Shown here: one piece after another, positions 7,538 to 17,300 of the stretch
How the letters are laid out: each line of letters opens with the position of its first letter
How positions within the stretch are numbered: the stretch's first letter is position 1
Assembly (NCBI GenBank): GCA_026708545.1
Contig: JAPOUT010000091.1
Location: forward strand, 946-64,945
Source: Hyphomicrobiales bacterium
GTDB taxonomy: Bacteria; Pseudomonadota; Alphaproteobacteria; JAPOUT01
Direction: 5' to 3'
DNA length: 64,000 nucleotides
Translations under genes and position numbers: made by a program
The notes under the pieces: model-generated
What the model was told of the DNA's origin: nothing
Seen by the model: only the letters and a program-made list of their open reading frames with translations
The model's database searches: none

Positions 7538-10500
7538 TCACTCAGTGACAATGTCGATGGCATGGGAAGCCTGCCCGCCAATCTCCCAGCCCGCCGAGAT
7601 GTTGTCGTCCTGGCCTGCGGGTTTGCTGATGGCGAGGGTGGCCTGTGTATTCCCGGTTGCCGCGCTGCCGTCGGAGGATATGACGGTGAGAGTGACTTCG
7701 GGGGCCCCCACATCAACGACAAGGCGGTTGTTGGCGGCGTCGTACGTGCCGTTGGCTACGGAGTCGATGGTAACATCGCCGGTGACATCAAGGTCGAGAT
7801 TGAAAGCGGACGAATGCGGAAGATCGACGAGGATTTTGACCTTGATGCCGTCGGCCGCGGTTGTGGCGGTATTCTCAAGGGACGAAGACGAATCTTCAAA
7901 CGCAATCGTGTTGTCGTTGGCGGCAATGTGGATGGTGAGTTGGTTTGCATTGGCATCAATCTCCCAGTCATCCGAGGGAAAACGCGTCGTGTGCGGCTCG
8001 ATGGTGATGGTGTGTTCTTCCCGAAGTTCGGGATGTTCGTCTCCCCGGGGGTCTATGCTGAGTAAAATGTTTCCGTTTGGATGGGCTTGTCCCGCGGCAA
8101 TCGAGAGCAACTTGGACGCGGAACCGAACGAGCCGTCGGCCGCATCGGCGAAGTTGATGGTGAAGTCGTTGCTGTTTTCATCGTCGCCGAATTTCAGCGC
8201 GATGGGTATAATTGCGGGAACGGGACGCGTAAACGGGGCGCCTTCGGGCGTGCGCAACCGCAGCACCGTGCTTGCGGCAACCCCGTCCTCGGTGACCTCG
8301 ATCGGCACCGACGATGCGAAGCCGATTACGTTTTTCGGCTCAACGGGGTCGCCGCCGGGATCACCGCCAGTGCCGTCGTCGGCATCGTCATCGACAATGA
8401 CGAGGGTGTGGGTTATCTGGCTGCCGAACTGCACGCCCGGCGGCAGCCTTGTCGATGTCAAGGTGAAAACGATCTCCCTGCTGCCTTCAACATCGGAGTT
8501 GTCGGCGACGTCAATGCCGAGATTCGAAGCCGCCGAACTCACGGCAAAACGATGCGGAGTCTCGATGCCCGGGCCGCTCGTGCCCCGAATCTTCGCGTCA
8601 CCCGTCGCACCGTGCGCCGTAATCATTACGTCAAACGTCGTACCTAAAATCCCGGTTACGGAAATCGGAATGTCGAACGAACTGCCCTCGGTCACGCGCG
8701 ATCCCGATCTCGCAAACGCAACCCTTCCCCGGTTCGGTGGTTCGTCGTCAACAATCGTGACCTCGAGGAAACTCGAAGAAGCTCTCGTAGTGCCGATCCT
8801 CCAGCCGGACGGAACGCCCGGATCGCCGGCCGCGCCGGACTCGCTGACTTCGAAAATAACTGTCTTGTCGCCGTCGGCATCGGGATTGTCCCGCGGCACA
8901 ATCGTAACCTCGATCTCCTGTGCGCCCTCTCCGCCGTGCGCGGGAATCTCCAGTATCCCGTCGTCGGACGAATACGTGCCGCCCGATGTCACCGAATACA
9001 TGTAATCCCCCTCCTCTCCCGCCGAGGGCTGAAGCACCGCGGTCGAGTCGTCCGTGGGCAGCAGGCGCAGCCGCACCGGTTCCTCAAACGGACTGTTCAC
9101 AACCAACTTCACCGTCTGCGGACCCTCATCCTCTTGAATTTCAAGACTCCTGGCGGGATTCCAAACAACGGTGTTTTCATTTGCCGCAATCTCAATGCGC
9201 ATCCGGTCGGGTTGCGTGTCCAGGGGAATTCTCAGTATCGACCAGCCCGTCGGCAGCGGACGGCGGGAACTTTCACGGATGTTGAGGAAGATTTCTTCGG
9301 CGAACTCGGCAACGCCGTCCCTGACGGCGGTGAAGGTAAAATTATACGAATCCGTGTTGGCGGGAATGACCACATCGCTCGGGAACTGAACCTCGTCCGG
9401 ATCGGCATCCGCCGGACCGCCGGGATCGAAGGAGGCCTCCAATGCCAGAGTTATCGGCACGGGCGAAGGATCAAGGGCGATTTCGATTTCGACGGGGACG
9501 CCTTCCTCGACATCCGTCTCAAGACGCGCCGGCTCCGGATCGAGCGGATCGAAGGCGCCGAAGGCGATGTTCTTCTCGCTCGCGGTAATGGTGACGGTCT
9601 GGCTTGAAGGCACGCCAAGCCGCGCAACATCCTCATACTCGGCGGGAAGCGTAATGCCGAGGATGAGTGTCTCGGGATTCTCGGGAGTGTCGTCGTTGTT
9701 GACATTGACGGTAATCGAAGCGCTCGTCTCGCCGGCGGGAATGGTCAGCGTGCAATTTGAAACATCCGCATCGCAGTCCAGCGGCGGGCTGGAAGGGTCG
9801 GCGGGATTTGGATATTGGAAAAACCAGTCGTTCGGCGCGCTGCCGAAGTCCGCCGTGCCTCCCGTGGTAAAACCGATTGTGATATCTTCCGGAAGCCCCT
9901 CTTCCCCGCCGATGCGGACCTCCATGGTCATGGGAGCGCCGCCTTCTTCTGGAACGGTGGCCGAGCCTTCGTAAGCCAGCGTGACGGGCGGCGCGAGATG
10001 CCGACCGATGGTGAACACCTGCGTTGCATCGCGCACGGCAAGAAGCCCGGCATGTTCGGGCGGAACAACGAAGGAAACCCGGATCGTTTCCGTGCCCTCG
10101 TAATCCCCCTCGTTGTGAACCATAACGCGCACCTCGACCCTTGTATCGCCCGCAGGAACGGTAACCGCGCAAGGCGCATTCTCCGAAGCCTCCGCGCACT
10201 CGGTCATGCCCGCATGATCCGGACGCGCCGTCTCATTGGCGGGAACAACCCGGTAACCCATCTGCCAGTCGTCGGAATCGGGATCGGTCCCGTAGTCCGC
10301 CGTCCCGCCGCCGACAAGATGCAGCACGATGTCCTCCTCAAACGCCTCGCTCAACACGGCCGTCATTTGCACCATGCTCCCCTCGCCGAGGTTCCTCTCG
10401 CCCTCGTAACGCAACGAGACTCCCGGCCCCCGCTCATATTCTTCATAGAGAATTCGCTTCTCGCGCTCAACGGCACGCCACAAATCCGGATCCGGAAGCT

Positions 10501-11545
10501 GCCAGCCGCCGGCGCCCGTCGCACCATCCAAATTCGGCAACGAGAACTCGAACGACATCCCCGCGCTCCAGCGCGGACCCAGCGACTCCTCGTCCTCGTG
10601 GTGCTCATACCTCCCCTCCACAAACACGCCCGGCAGCACGCGGAAACCGGCATCAAACTCATAACTCGGATGCCACTGTGTTTGCGAGCCGTCTTCGCCC
10701 TCGAAGCGCCAGTATCCTAGCGAACCGCCCAGGTGCAGACGGTCGCGCCTGTACGCCAAATGCACATCCAGTCCGCGCAACGTCCTTTCGAAATAAGGGA
10801 TGGCGTTATCCTCGCGGCCTTCCAACTGGTTGGTGAGAGGATGGTAATAGTTGAAGGCGCCGTGGAACATCCCGCTTTGCACATCTGCCCCGATGCCCAA
10901 GCGCGAATGTCCGCGCCTGAAGCCGTGGTCGTAAAAGATCGATCCCCCCGCCACCAAACCGCTCGCCAGGTTTGAGCGGTAAACAAGCCCCAGGTTTGCA
11001 TCGGTGCGCACCTCTTCACCCAGCCCCTGCCAAAACACCGCACCCGGCTGAAGGAACAGTGCATTCCCCTCGCCCTCCGGGCGCCCGCTTGACCATATCG
11101 GCAGCACAACATCCACTTCGCCCTGGACACTGCTGCCGAAAACCCAGTTAAGCGACGAATCAAGCCGGAAACCCTCTTCGAAGACGGCAAGACCTCCCTG
11201 ATGAAGGACATCCTCAATAGTGTCAACGATTATGCGCGAGCCCGTATTTCGCAACGCCTGTCTTCCGCATTCGGAATAGTTGCGCGACTCCTTCGCCGGG
11301 ACGGAGCCGCTTTCAAGCGCTTGTTCGACGGCGGCATCATCGTCCCCGCGCACGGCACAACGCAGAGCGCCGCTCCACACCTGCTTGAATGCCGCATTCG
11401 GGCGCGCAAACAGGGACTCGTCCGCATGCGAATCCGACGACGAAGACAGGCCCCCGAACGAAAGCGCCAATATCGCAAGCGCAGGCATTGCCACGGCGCG
11501 CACAAGGCTCCGGCGGAGAACCAGCAAAGAGACAATACTATCCAT
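7538..11545 (-). CDS. Inverse autotransporter (type Ve secretion; intimin/invasin-like N-terminal beta-barrel) with a ~950-aa passenger of Calx-beta-like repeats
   Basis: One uninterrupted ORF. The listed start 11590 is TTG, and the likely start is ATG 11545 (MDSIVSLLVLRRSLVRAVAMPALAILALSF, a signal peptide). Residues ~200-400 read FYDHGFRRGHSRLGIGADVQSG..NYYHPLTNQLEGRE..LGYWRFEGE..DLWRAVEREKRILYEEY. This resembles the intimin/invasin IAT beta-domain (FYDxxxxxxHxRxGxG...NGY..LSGW; ..DLVQRNNNIILEY). The passenger has repeated GGGTADYG / TGGTADFG / TVTIT motifs typical of Calx-beta-like folds. Confidence 0.75.
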   Translation of the reverse strand: MDSIVSLLVLRRSLVRAVAMPALAILALSFGGLSSSSDSHADESLFARPNAAFKQVWSGALRCAVRGDDDAAVEQALESGSVPAKESRNYSECGRQALRNTGSRIIVDTIEDVLHQGGLAVFEEGFRLDSSLNWVFGSSVQGEVDVVLPIWSSGRPEGEGNALFLQPGAVFWQGLGEEVRTDANLGLVYRSNLASGLVAGGSIFYDHGFRRGHSRLGIGADVQSGMFHGAFNYYHPLTNQLEGREDNAIPYFERTLRGLDVHLAYRRDRLHLGGSLGYWRFEGEDGSQTQWHPSYEFDAGFRVLPGVFVEGRYEHHEDEESLGPRWSAGMSFEFSLPNLDGATGAGGWQLPDPDLWRAVEREKRILYEEYERGPGVSLRYEGERNLGEGSMVQMTAVLSEAFEEDIVLHLVGGGTADYGTDPDSDDWQMGYRVVPANETARPDHAGMTECAEASENAPCAVTVPAGDTRVEVRVMVHNEGDYEGTETIRVSFVVPPEHAGLLAVRDATQVFTIGRHLAPPVTLAYEGSATVPEEGGAPMTMEVRIGGEEGLPEDITIGFTTGGTADFGSAPNDWFFQYPNPADPSSPPLDCDADVSNCTLTIPAGETSASITVNVNNDDTPENPETLILGITLPAEYEDVARLGVPSSQTVTITASEKNIAFGAFDPLDPEPARLETDVEEGVPVEIEIALDPSPVPITLALEASFDPGGPADADPDEVQFPSDVVIPANTDSYNFTFTAVRDGVAEFAEEIFLNIRESSRRPLPTGWSILRIPLDTQPDRMRIEIAANENTVVWNPARSLEIQEDEGPQTVKLVVNSPFEEPVRLRLLPTDDSTAVLQPSAGEEGDYMYSVTSGGTYSSDDGILEIPAHGGEGAQEIEVTIVPRDNPDADGDKTVIFEVSESGAAGDPGVPSGWRIGTTRASSSFLEVTIVDDEPPNRGRVAFARSGSRVTEGSSFDIPISVTGILGTTFDVMITAHGATGDAKIRGTSGPGIETPHRFAVSSAASNLGIDVADNSDVEGSREIVFTLTSTRLPPGVQFGSQITHTLVIVDDDADDGTGGDPGGDPVEPKNVIGFASSVPIEVTEDGVAASTVLRLRTPEGAPFTRPVPAIIPIALKFGDDENSNDFTINFADAADGSFGSASKLLSIAAGQAHPNGNILLSIDPRGDEHPELREEHTITIEPHTTRFPSDDWEIDANANQLTIHIAANDNTIAFEDSSSSLENTATTAADGIKVKILVDLPHSSAFNLDLDVTGDVTIDSVANGTYDAANNRLVVDVGAPEVTLTVISSDGSAATGNTQATLAISKPAGQDDNISAGWEIGGQASHAIDIVTE

Positions 11546-11646
11546 GAACCATCGCACCGATACAAAAAGGGCGGCTATATGCCTAAGCAAACAGAATCTC
11601 TAGAAACCCTACGCCATGCGATAGGTTTTACCCGAAATTGTGATTC

Positions 11647-11952
11647 TCATTTTAAAATTCCCAATTTATCCATCCCGTATATCAAACTTATCAACCAACA
11701 AGGAGCGACAACAATAAAGGACATAACTATTAGCCAATCAGGTACCGGCAGAAAATAATTCAAATATGGATACGACAACCTAACCGTATCTTCATACATC
11801 CGATATTTCTCATTTATCAATTCTAATAAAAAAGGCAATGATGAAAAGGCGGTTAATAACCAGGTTGCTTTATTGATTATTTTACGAAAAAATGTAATTG
11901 ACGAGTCTAATGCCGCCTTCAACAACAGCCCACCCTCCGAACGCGTTAGCAA
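11647..11952 (-). CDS. Hypothetical small membrane protein (101 aa, 2 predicted TM segments) in the AT-rich spacer
   Basis: ORF located in the AT-rich 630-bp region upstream of the inverse autotransporter gene. Codon usage is atypical and it may be spurious. Confidence 0.2.
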   Translation of the reverse strand: MLTRSEGGLLLKAALDSSITFFRKIINKATWLLTAFSSLPFLLELINEKYRMYEDTVRLSYPYLNYFLPVPDWLIVMSFIVVAPCWLISLIYGMDKLGILK

Positions 11953-12224
11953 CCAAAAAACATATCGTTTTTAACACTTTCCTTCTCCTTCTTGTCGGTT
12001 TCCACCACCTGCACAGGGGCGCGAATCACTCCATGGACTAGTATAGGAACCCTCACGCGCTTTGCAAGAAAAATCTTCTTCGTCATTTCTACCTAAAGTA
12101 TACAACTGCCCAAAAGACGAACGCAATGCGAAATTACAGATTTAACCGCTTTTAGCAAGGGTTTAGGCTTAAAATCATCCGAAGTTTCACCGGGAGCGGC
12201 ACACACAAAGAGTGCAAATAACCA

Positions 12225-13655
12225 CTAGAAATCGACGCGCATTCCAACATTTGCACGATATTCCCGCACCTCGTTTCCGCGCGAAAAACCGAAATCCGCA
12301 TTCACCGAATAGCCGTCCCACCACTCGTAGTCCATTCCGAAGCCGAACTCGACTATCGGCGACTCAATCACGCTGGTCAGTTCCGCGCCCGAAACCCCGG
12401 TAACCGTCTCCCCGTCAAGCGGAAACCGCAAGTCAAGTCCCGCACGGATGCCTCCCCGGACGTCGGTCTCGTCAATCCACTCGGTATCCGCAACAATGCC
12501 GAAACGGGCCGTGAGTGTCTCTCCGTCCACCACTACAACAGTCTTGTTGTCGGGAGCGGTGAAACCATCGAAGTCAACATCGCCCCAAATCAGTTGCGCC
12601 GAGGGAATTAAAGAGAGGCGTCCCGCACGCAACCGATAGCCCCACTCGCCGGCCGCTGAAAATGTTTCTGCTTCGTTATCGACGGCAATAACCTCCCCCG
12701 GGGAGGAAATGTCCGAGGTTATGGCGGCATACTGCGCGCGCGTGTCAATGTAGAAATTCTCGTCCACCCATGACACATTCAACCCGCCGGAGAACAGTTC
12801 CGACTCAATGCTCCCGTTGCCCGACGCCGCCGAAACATCCGCGTCCGACGAGCCCGCCGCAATGTTTGCGCCGAACACCAAACCTCCCGCAACGGGAGCG
12901 TCAACGCCGAAGCGCATGCGTGCATCCATGACCTCATAGCTCGCCCCGGTCGTTGAGACCTTCGCCTCCGCATCCCAAATCCCCACATCCGCCTTCCCCC
13001 AAAAACCAACGCCGTCTTCCCTGACCCAGGAGCGTCCGTTGCGCGACTGCCGCAGGGATTCCAGGGATGAAAGTGACGCCAGCACCGCCGGATAGGATTC
13101 AAAAATCGACGCGCGATGCGAGAAACCCGTGTTTGCGGCAATGCTTCTGTTCCCGTCGGCAGGTTCGAGCGTGAGGTTGGAAGCGTCCATGACGAATTCA
13201 CCCGCCTCGAAAGCGTCAGAGCGCGAGTTCCCCATGACGGTGTTGAAAGTGACTCCATTGCCGGAGGTTTTGGGTGCACCGCCCCTGCGCGTGTTGTTGA
13301 TACGCCCCTTTAGTTCCGCAGTGCTCCCGTTCGAAACCGCTTCCGCCGTGACGGCCATTGCACTCCCTTCGGAATGCTCCTGACCGTCGACTCCGAAATT
13401 GCCGTTTTGCGTGACCGTCAAGGTCCGGCCCAAGGCCGCGGTGATCATTATCGGGGAATCGTTGTAACCATCCTGCCGCCTGGAACAGACGTAGACTCCA
13501 TCCGAATTAATAGAGGTGCACGTGCCTGCGCTTGCGGGCAGGGACATCGAAAGCACCGCGCCGAGCGCAACCGCCGACGTGCACGCCAGAAACGTTACAA
13601 AAGCGGCAAGTCCACGTCTGATTTTACGCAACGACACCTTCTCGCAGTGGTTCAC
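12225..13655 (-). CDS. Classical autotransporter (type Va) with a short passenger and a C-terminal beta-barrel translocator domain
   Basis: The C-terminal ~270 aa has alternating beta-strand patterning and a terminal ...YRANVGMRVDF, an aromatic C-terminus typical of autotransporter beta-domains. The likely start is GTG 13655, preceded by GGAGGG, giving the signal peptide MVNHCEKVSLRKIRRGLAAFVTFLACTSAVALGAVLSMSLPASA. The listed ORF start 13769 is the maximal ORF. Mature N-terminus GTCTSINSDGVYVCS. Confidence 0.7.
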   Translation of the reverse strand: MNHCEKVSLRKIRRGLAAFVTFLACTSAVALGAVLSMSLPASAGTCTSINSDGVYVCSRRQDGYNDSPIMITAALGRTLTVTQNGNFGVDGQEHSEGSAMAVTAEAVSNGSTAELKGRINNTRRGGAPKTSGNGVTFNTVMGNSRSDAFEAGEFVMDASNLTLEPADGNRSIAANTGFSHRASIFESYPAVLASLSSLESLRQSRNGRSWVREDGVGFWGKADVGIWDAEAKVSTTGASYEVMDARMRFGVDAPVAGGLVFGANIAAGSSDADVSAASGNGSIESELFSGGLNVSWVDENFYIDTRAQYAAITSDISSPGEVIAVDNEAETFSAAGEWGYRLRAGRLSLIPSAQLIWGDVDFDGFTAPDNKTVVVVDGETLTARFGIVADTEWIDETDVRGGIRAGLDLRFPLDGETVTGVSGAELTSVIESPIVEFGFGMDYEWWDGYSVNADFGFSRGNEVREYRANVGMRVDF

Positions 13656-13871
13656 GAACTCCCTCCAGGTTATGAATCTCTCGGACGGTGCACAGGAGAT
13701 TTTTACACGGCTCAAGAAGATTTCCGAGCATGATTCATATGAAGGGAAACCTGCGCAGAAATCTGACAAGAGCAGAGTCTACCAAAATGACCACACGCTT
13801 GCAACTTCCTCCCTGGAAGGCTCTATGCCCCTTAAAAAAACAAACCTACAATAGCAACGCTGACACCGCCA

Positions 13872-14034
13872 ATGGCTATCAAAACCAAGGATATAGTCAA
13901 ATTCATAGCAACGATGTCGGTGGGAATCGTTGTAGTGTTAGGCGGGTTCATTGCGTTCTTGCAATTTTACAAATTAAGACACAAACGTATCCACCAACCA
14001 CCCATAACCGAAAGGAGACGTTAGCGCGAATACT
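13872..14034 (+). CDS. Hypothetical 54-aa single-TM peptide (very tentative)
   Basis: ATG 13872 to TAG 14034 reads [50 protein letters not shown]. There is no obvious Shine-Dalgarno. It lies in the intergenic region between the divergent autotransporter genes and its 3' end overlaps the rnhA-like remnant. Confidence 0.15.
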
Positions 14035-14215
14035 CCTCCATGGTCCTCTGTGCTAATTCAACAGCATCCTCCCTCTCATAACCGGCACTAACCACTTCTT
14101 TCGGTGTCCAGACCCATTCTATCTGATGCCTTCCCGTTGCCTCTTTAAGCCTTTTCCATAGGTCCGCATTCTCCACCGGCTTCTTCTTTGCGTTCTTCCA
14201 GCCCCCCTTCTCCAT
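14021..14215 (-). pseudogene. rnhA: Remnant of an RNase HI gene (C-terminal ~60 codons only)
   Basis: The 64-aa ORF reads [32 protein letters not shown]... This aligns with E. coli RNase HI [36 protein letters not shown]. A TGA lies 2 codons upstream of the M. No N-terminal catalytic part is found in any frame upstream. Confidence 0.4.
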
Positions 14216-14395
14216 CTCCTTTCACGGGTTTCGTGCAATAGCAAAAACACTTTTGGAGAAAGGAATTGAATTTAATACAAAGTAAATCGAAATGCAGTTA
14301 GCACGCATGATTTTATATTGACATGACATTGACTAGCATGGAAAATACCGTCAGCCTCTGAAGCTGAATCAGTCCTGTTTTCAAGGGAGGATAAA

Positions 14396-17300
14396 ATGAA
14401 CGTTCCCACGCAGAAATCACCCTTTACCCCCTTCCTTACCCGAGGCGGAAGGCTTAGAAAAACTTCAAAAGGCCTAATCTCCTTTGCACCGTTTTTAGCC
14501 GGTACATCGGTGCTTGCACTGAGCGCGTTGTTGGCAACGAGCTCACCGGTTGAAGCCGGGACTTGCAGAGAAGCCGGGAGAACGGGAGTTTGGACTTGTT
14601 CTAGTGCGGCAAATTCATCGAATGATAATACCCAATCCATTACGGGTCGGGAAAATCAAGATATAGATGTTACCGGAAACGCTACCTTTGGTTTGAATTC
14701 TTCCGGTAATACAGGATTCGGCATCATGGTCACGTCCGTAGCGACTACCGGCACAATTGATGTCAACTTGTCGAATAACAACGACATCACCTCCTATTAC
14801 GATGCCATCAACATCGACCAAGACGGCACGGGTGCGGTTACTGTCACAACAGACGGAGCTCTCGAGTCCACTGATTATAGCGGCATAGAAATCAACCAAA
14901 GCGGAAATGGTAATGTTACCGTTACGGCAGACGGAACTGTAACAGGAGGCGCTCATGCCGGCATCGATATCGTCACGGCTGCAGGAACAACGGGCGAGGT
15001 AAATGTCACCACAAACGCGGCCGTCTCGAGCGGCGCGGAGGGCATCAAACTCGATATTGACGGAAACAACGCGGTTACCATTATGGCGACCGGAACGGTT
15101 ACTTCCAGTGCCAGTGAAGAGGCCATTGAGATTGAACATTCCGGCACGGGAAATGTGGATATAACCACCTCCGACACCGTGACCGCTACCAATAACGATA
15201 AAGATGCCATCCTTGTTAATCTCTCGGGCACCGGCAATATCACCCTCACCGCCAATGGCAACGTCGTTGGCCGTTCAACTGAGAAAGCCGTCAACCTCTC
15301 AACGGCATCGGGTACTGCCACCATCATTTCGGAAACAGATGCAAGTTTTACAGGTGGTATTACCTTGTCCTCGTCCACCGACGCGATTACCATTGATCTG
15401 GACGGCAACGTCACAGCCAAGGGAAAAGCCGTTGAAGCAAGAAAAAACGGTGCTGAAGGCGAGACGTCAATAATCCTCGATGGCAGGATTACATCCGAGA
15501 ATGAAGAAGCCATCTTCGTTTACATGCTTGGCGGAACAAACGCGGAAGTCTCTTCAACAGGAGACATTATAGCGGGAAAGGATGGCATCTATATGTTCCA
15601 AGGCGGATCAGGAACAACCGAAGTCACCACAGGCGAAATTGATGCAGGTGGCAGAGGTGTCTACATCGTTGCATCACACCTGCGAGCAGGTGCAATAGAA
15701 GTCACCACAGGTGACATTGACAGCGTTAGAACCTGTATTTTCGTTGACCAAAACGGAGCCGGCGACGTTACCGTTACGGCAAACGCCAATATCGATTCGG
15801 ATATGAACGACGGAATCGTTGTCACCACTGTACAGCAAACCGGGAATATCACCGTCATCGCAAAAGGCAACATAGACGTTGAAGATAATGGTATTGCGGT
15901 TGGGCAACAAGGCACCGGCTCCATCGACATCACAGCAGAGGGAAATATCACATCCGATATTGACGAGAGTATCAGAGTCGGCACGCATGCAAGAACAACA
16001 GGCGATGTCACCATCACAACGAACGGCGATGTCACTGGCATGGGAGGGATTGTTATAGGCCATCAAGGCAGCGGCAAAGTCCTCCTTACTGTTGGCGGTG
16101 AGGTTACAAGCACCAGAGGAGCCGGAATCTCCCTCGCTGGTAGTAGTACGGCAGATGCCAAAATCGTTATGCGCGACGGCGCCAGGCTCAATAGTTCTAT
16201 CTACGCCAAAAGTTTCGCAGGAACCGTAACACTTGAATTCGCGGGTGAGTTCAGCGATTTTGATTTCGGCGATCAAAACGAGGATGATGAGAATAATATC
16301 CTCGGCGTTGATAATATTACCATCAGTGAAAGCGGTGCCCTTGAATTCGAAACGTCCAGCCCGGCTTCGAGCGTCCCAATCACGCTTTCCGGACGACTCG
16401 CGCTTGCCGGCACATCCTCCATCGCAGCCTTCGGCGCAATCACAGCAAGCGGTGACACCGGCAGCATCGAGATTGACGTGGACTTTTCCGGCGGAAGCGT
16501 AACCCTAAGCACCGCACGACTCACGGCAACATCCGTCACCGGCACCATCCCCGTCAACATTCGCGCCGTTGGCGGGGTTGCTCCAACACAACAAGTCACC
16601 ATCACGAACCTCATTGATGTTGCCGATAACGATGCCTTTACCGCAGGCAACGCTCTCAACGGAGGCTTCACTTTCAACCTCCAATATGACGCTCCCAACA
16701 CACGATGGAATCTCATTGCCGCTCCTGCTGCAACGGACGGCGGCGACGACGGTAATGGTGGAGACGACAATGGTGATGGTAATGGGAACGGGGGAGGCAA
16801 CGGCGGGGATGGAGACAACGGAGACGGTGACAATAACGGCGGGGGTGGCAATGATGACGGGGGCGACAACGGCAATGGCGGGGGTGGAGACAATGGAGAC
16901 GGCAACGGTAATGGTGGAGGTAACGACAATGACGACGGTAATGGTGATGGCGGAAGCGGTGGTCTTCCCGTGACTCCGGCAGGCCCGGCAACGGCCTTCG
17001 ATACCTTGCCTTCCGTGCTCTCGCATCTCGCACTTACGGAGTCCATGCATGAAAGACAGCAAGGCAGAAATTTCAAAGACTCCACAAAAGCATTCGCAAA
17101 AATCACGGCTGCAACCAGCGAAATCGAACCTTCCGCTGCCAGTTTCAAGACCAAGGAAGCAGGTGTCGAGTTCGGTGTTAGCACTCCCTTCACGCCCACC
17201 ATCATCCTTGACGCAAGCGTTGGATTCGCCACTGCCGGAACCGAAGCCTCCGTTGCCGACGGGCCTGCCGATATTAACTCCGAAGCCATCTCTGCGACCA

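Noticed and set aside
7266-9005. 579-aa + strand ORF and the 9815..10720, 8936..9607 and 8081..8647 + ORFs
   Set aside because: They are antisense to the single 1350-aa inverse-autotransporter ORF. Their S/T/V/R-rich low-complexity translations are typical high-GC antisense frames.
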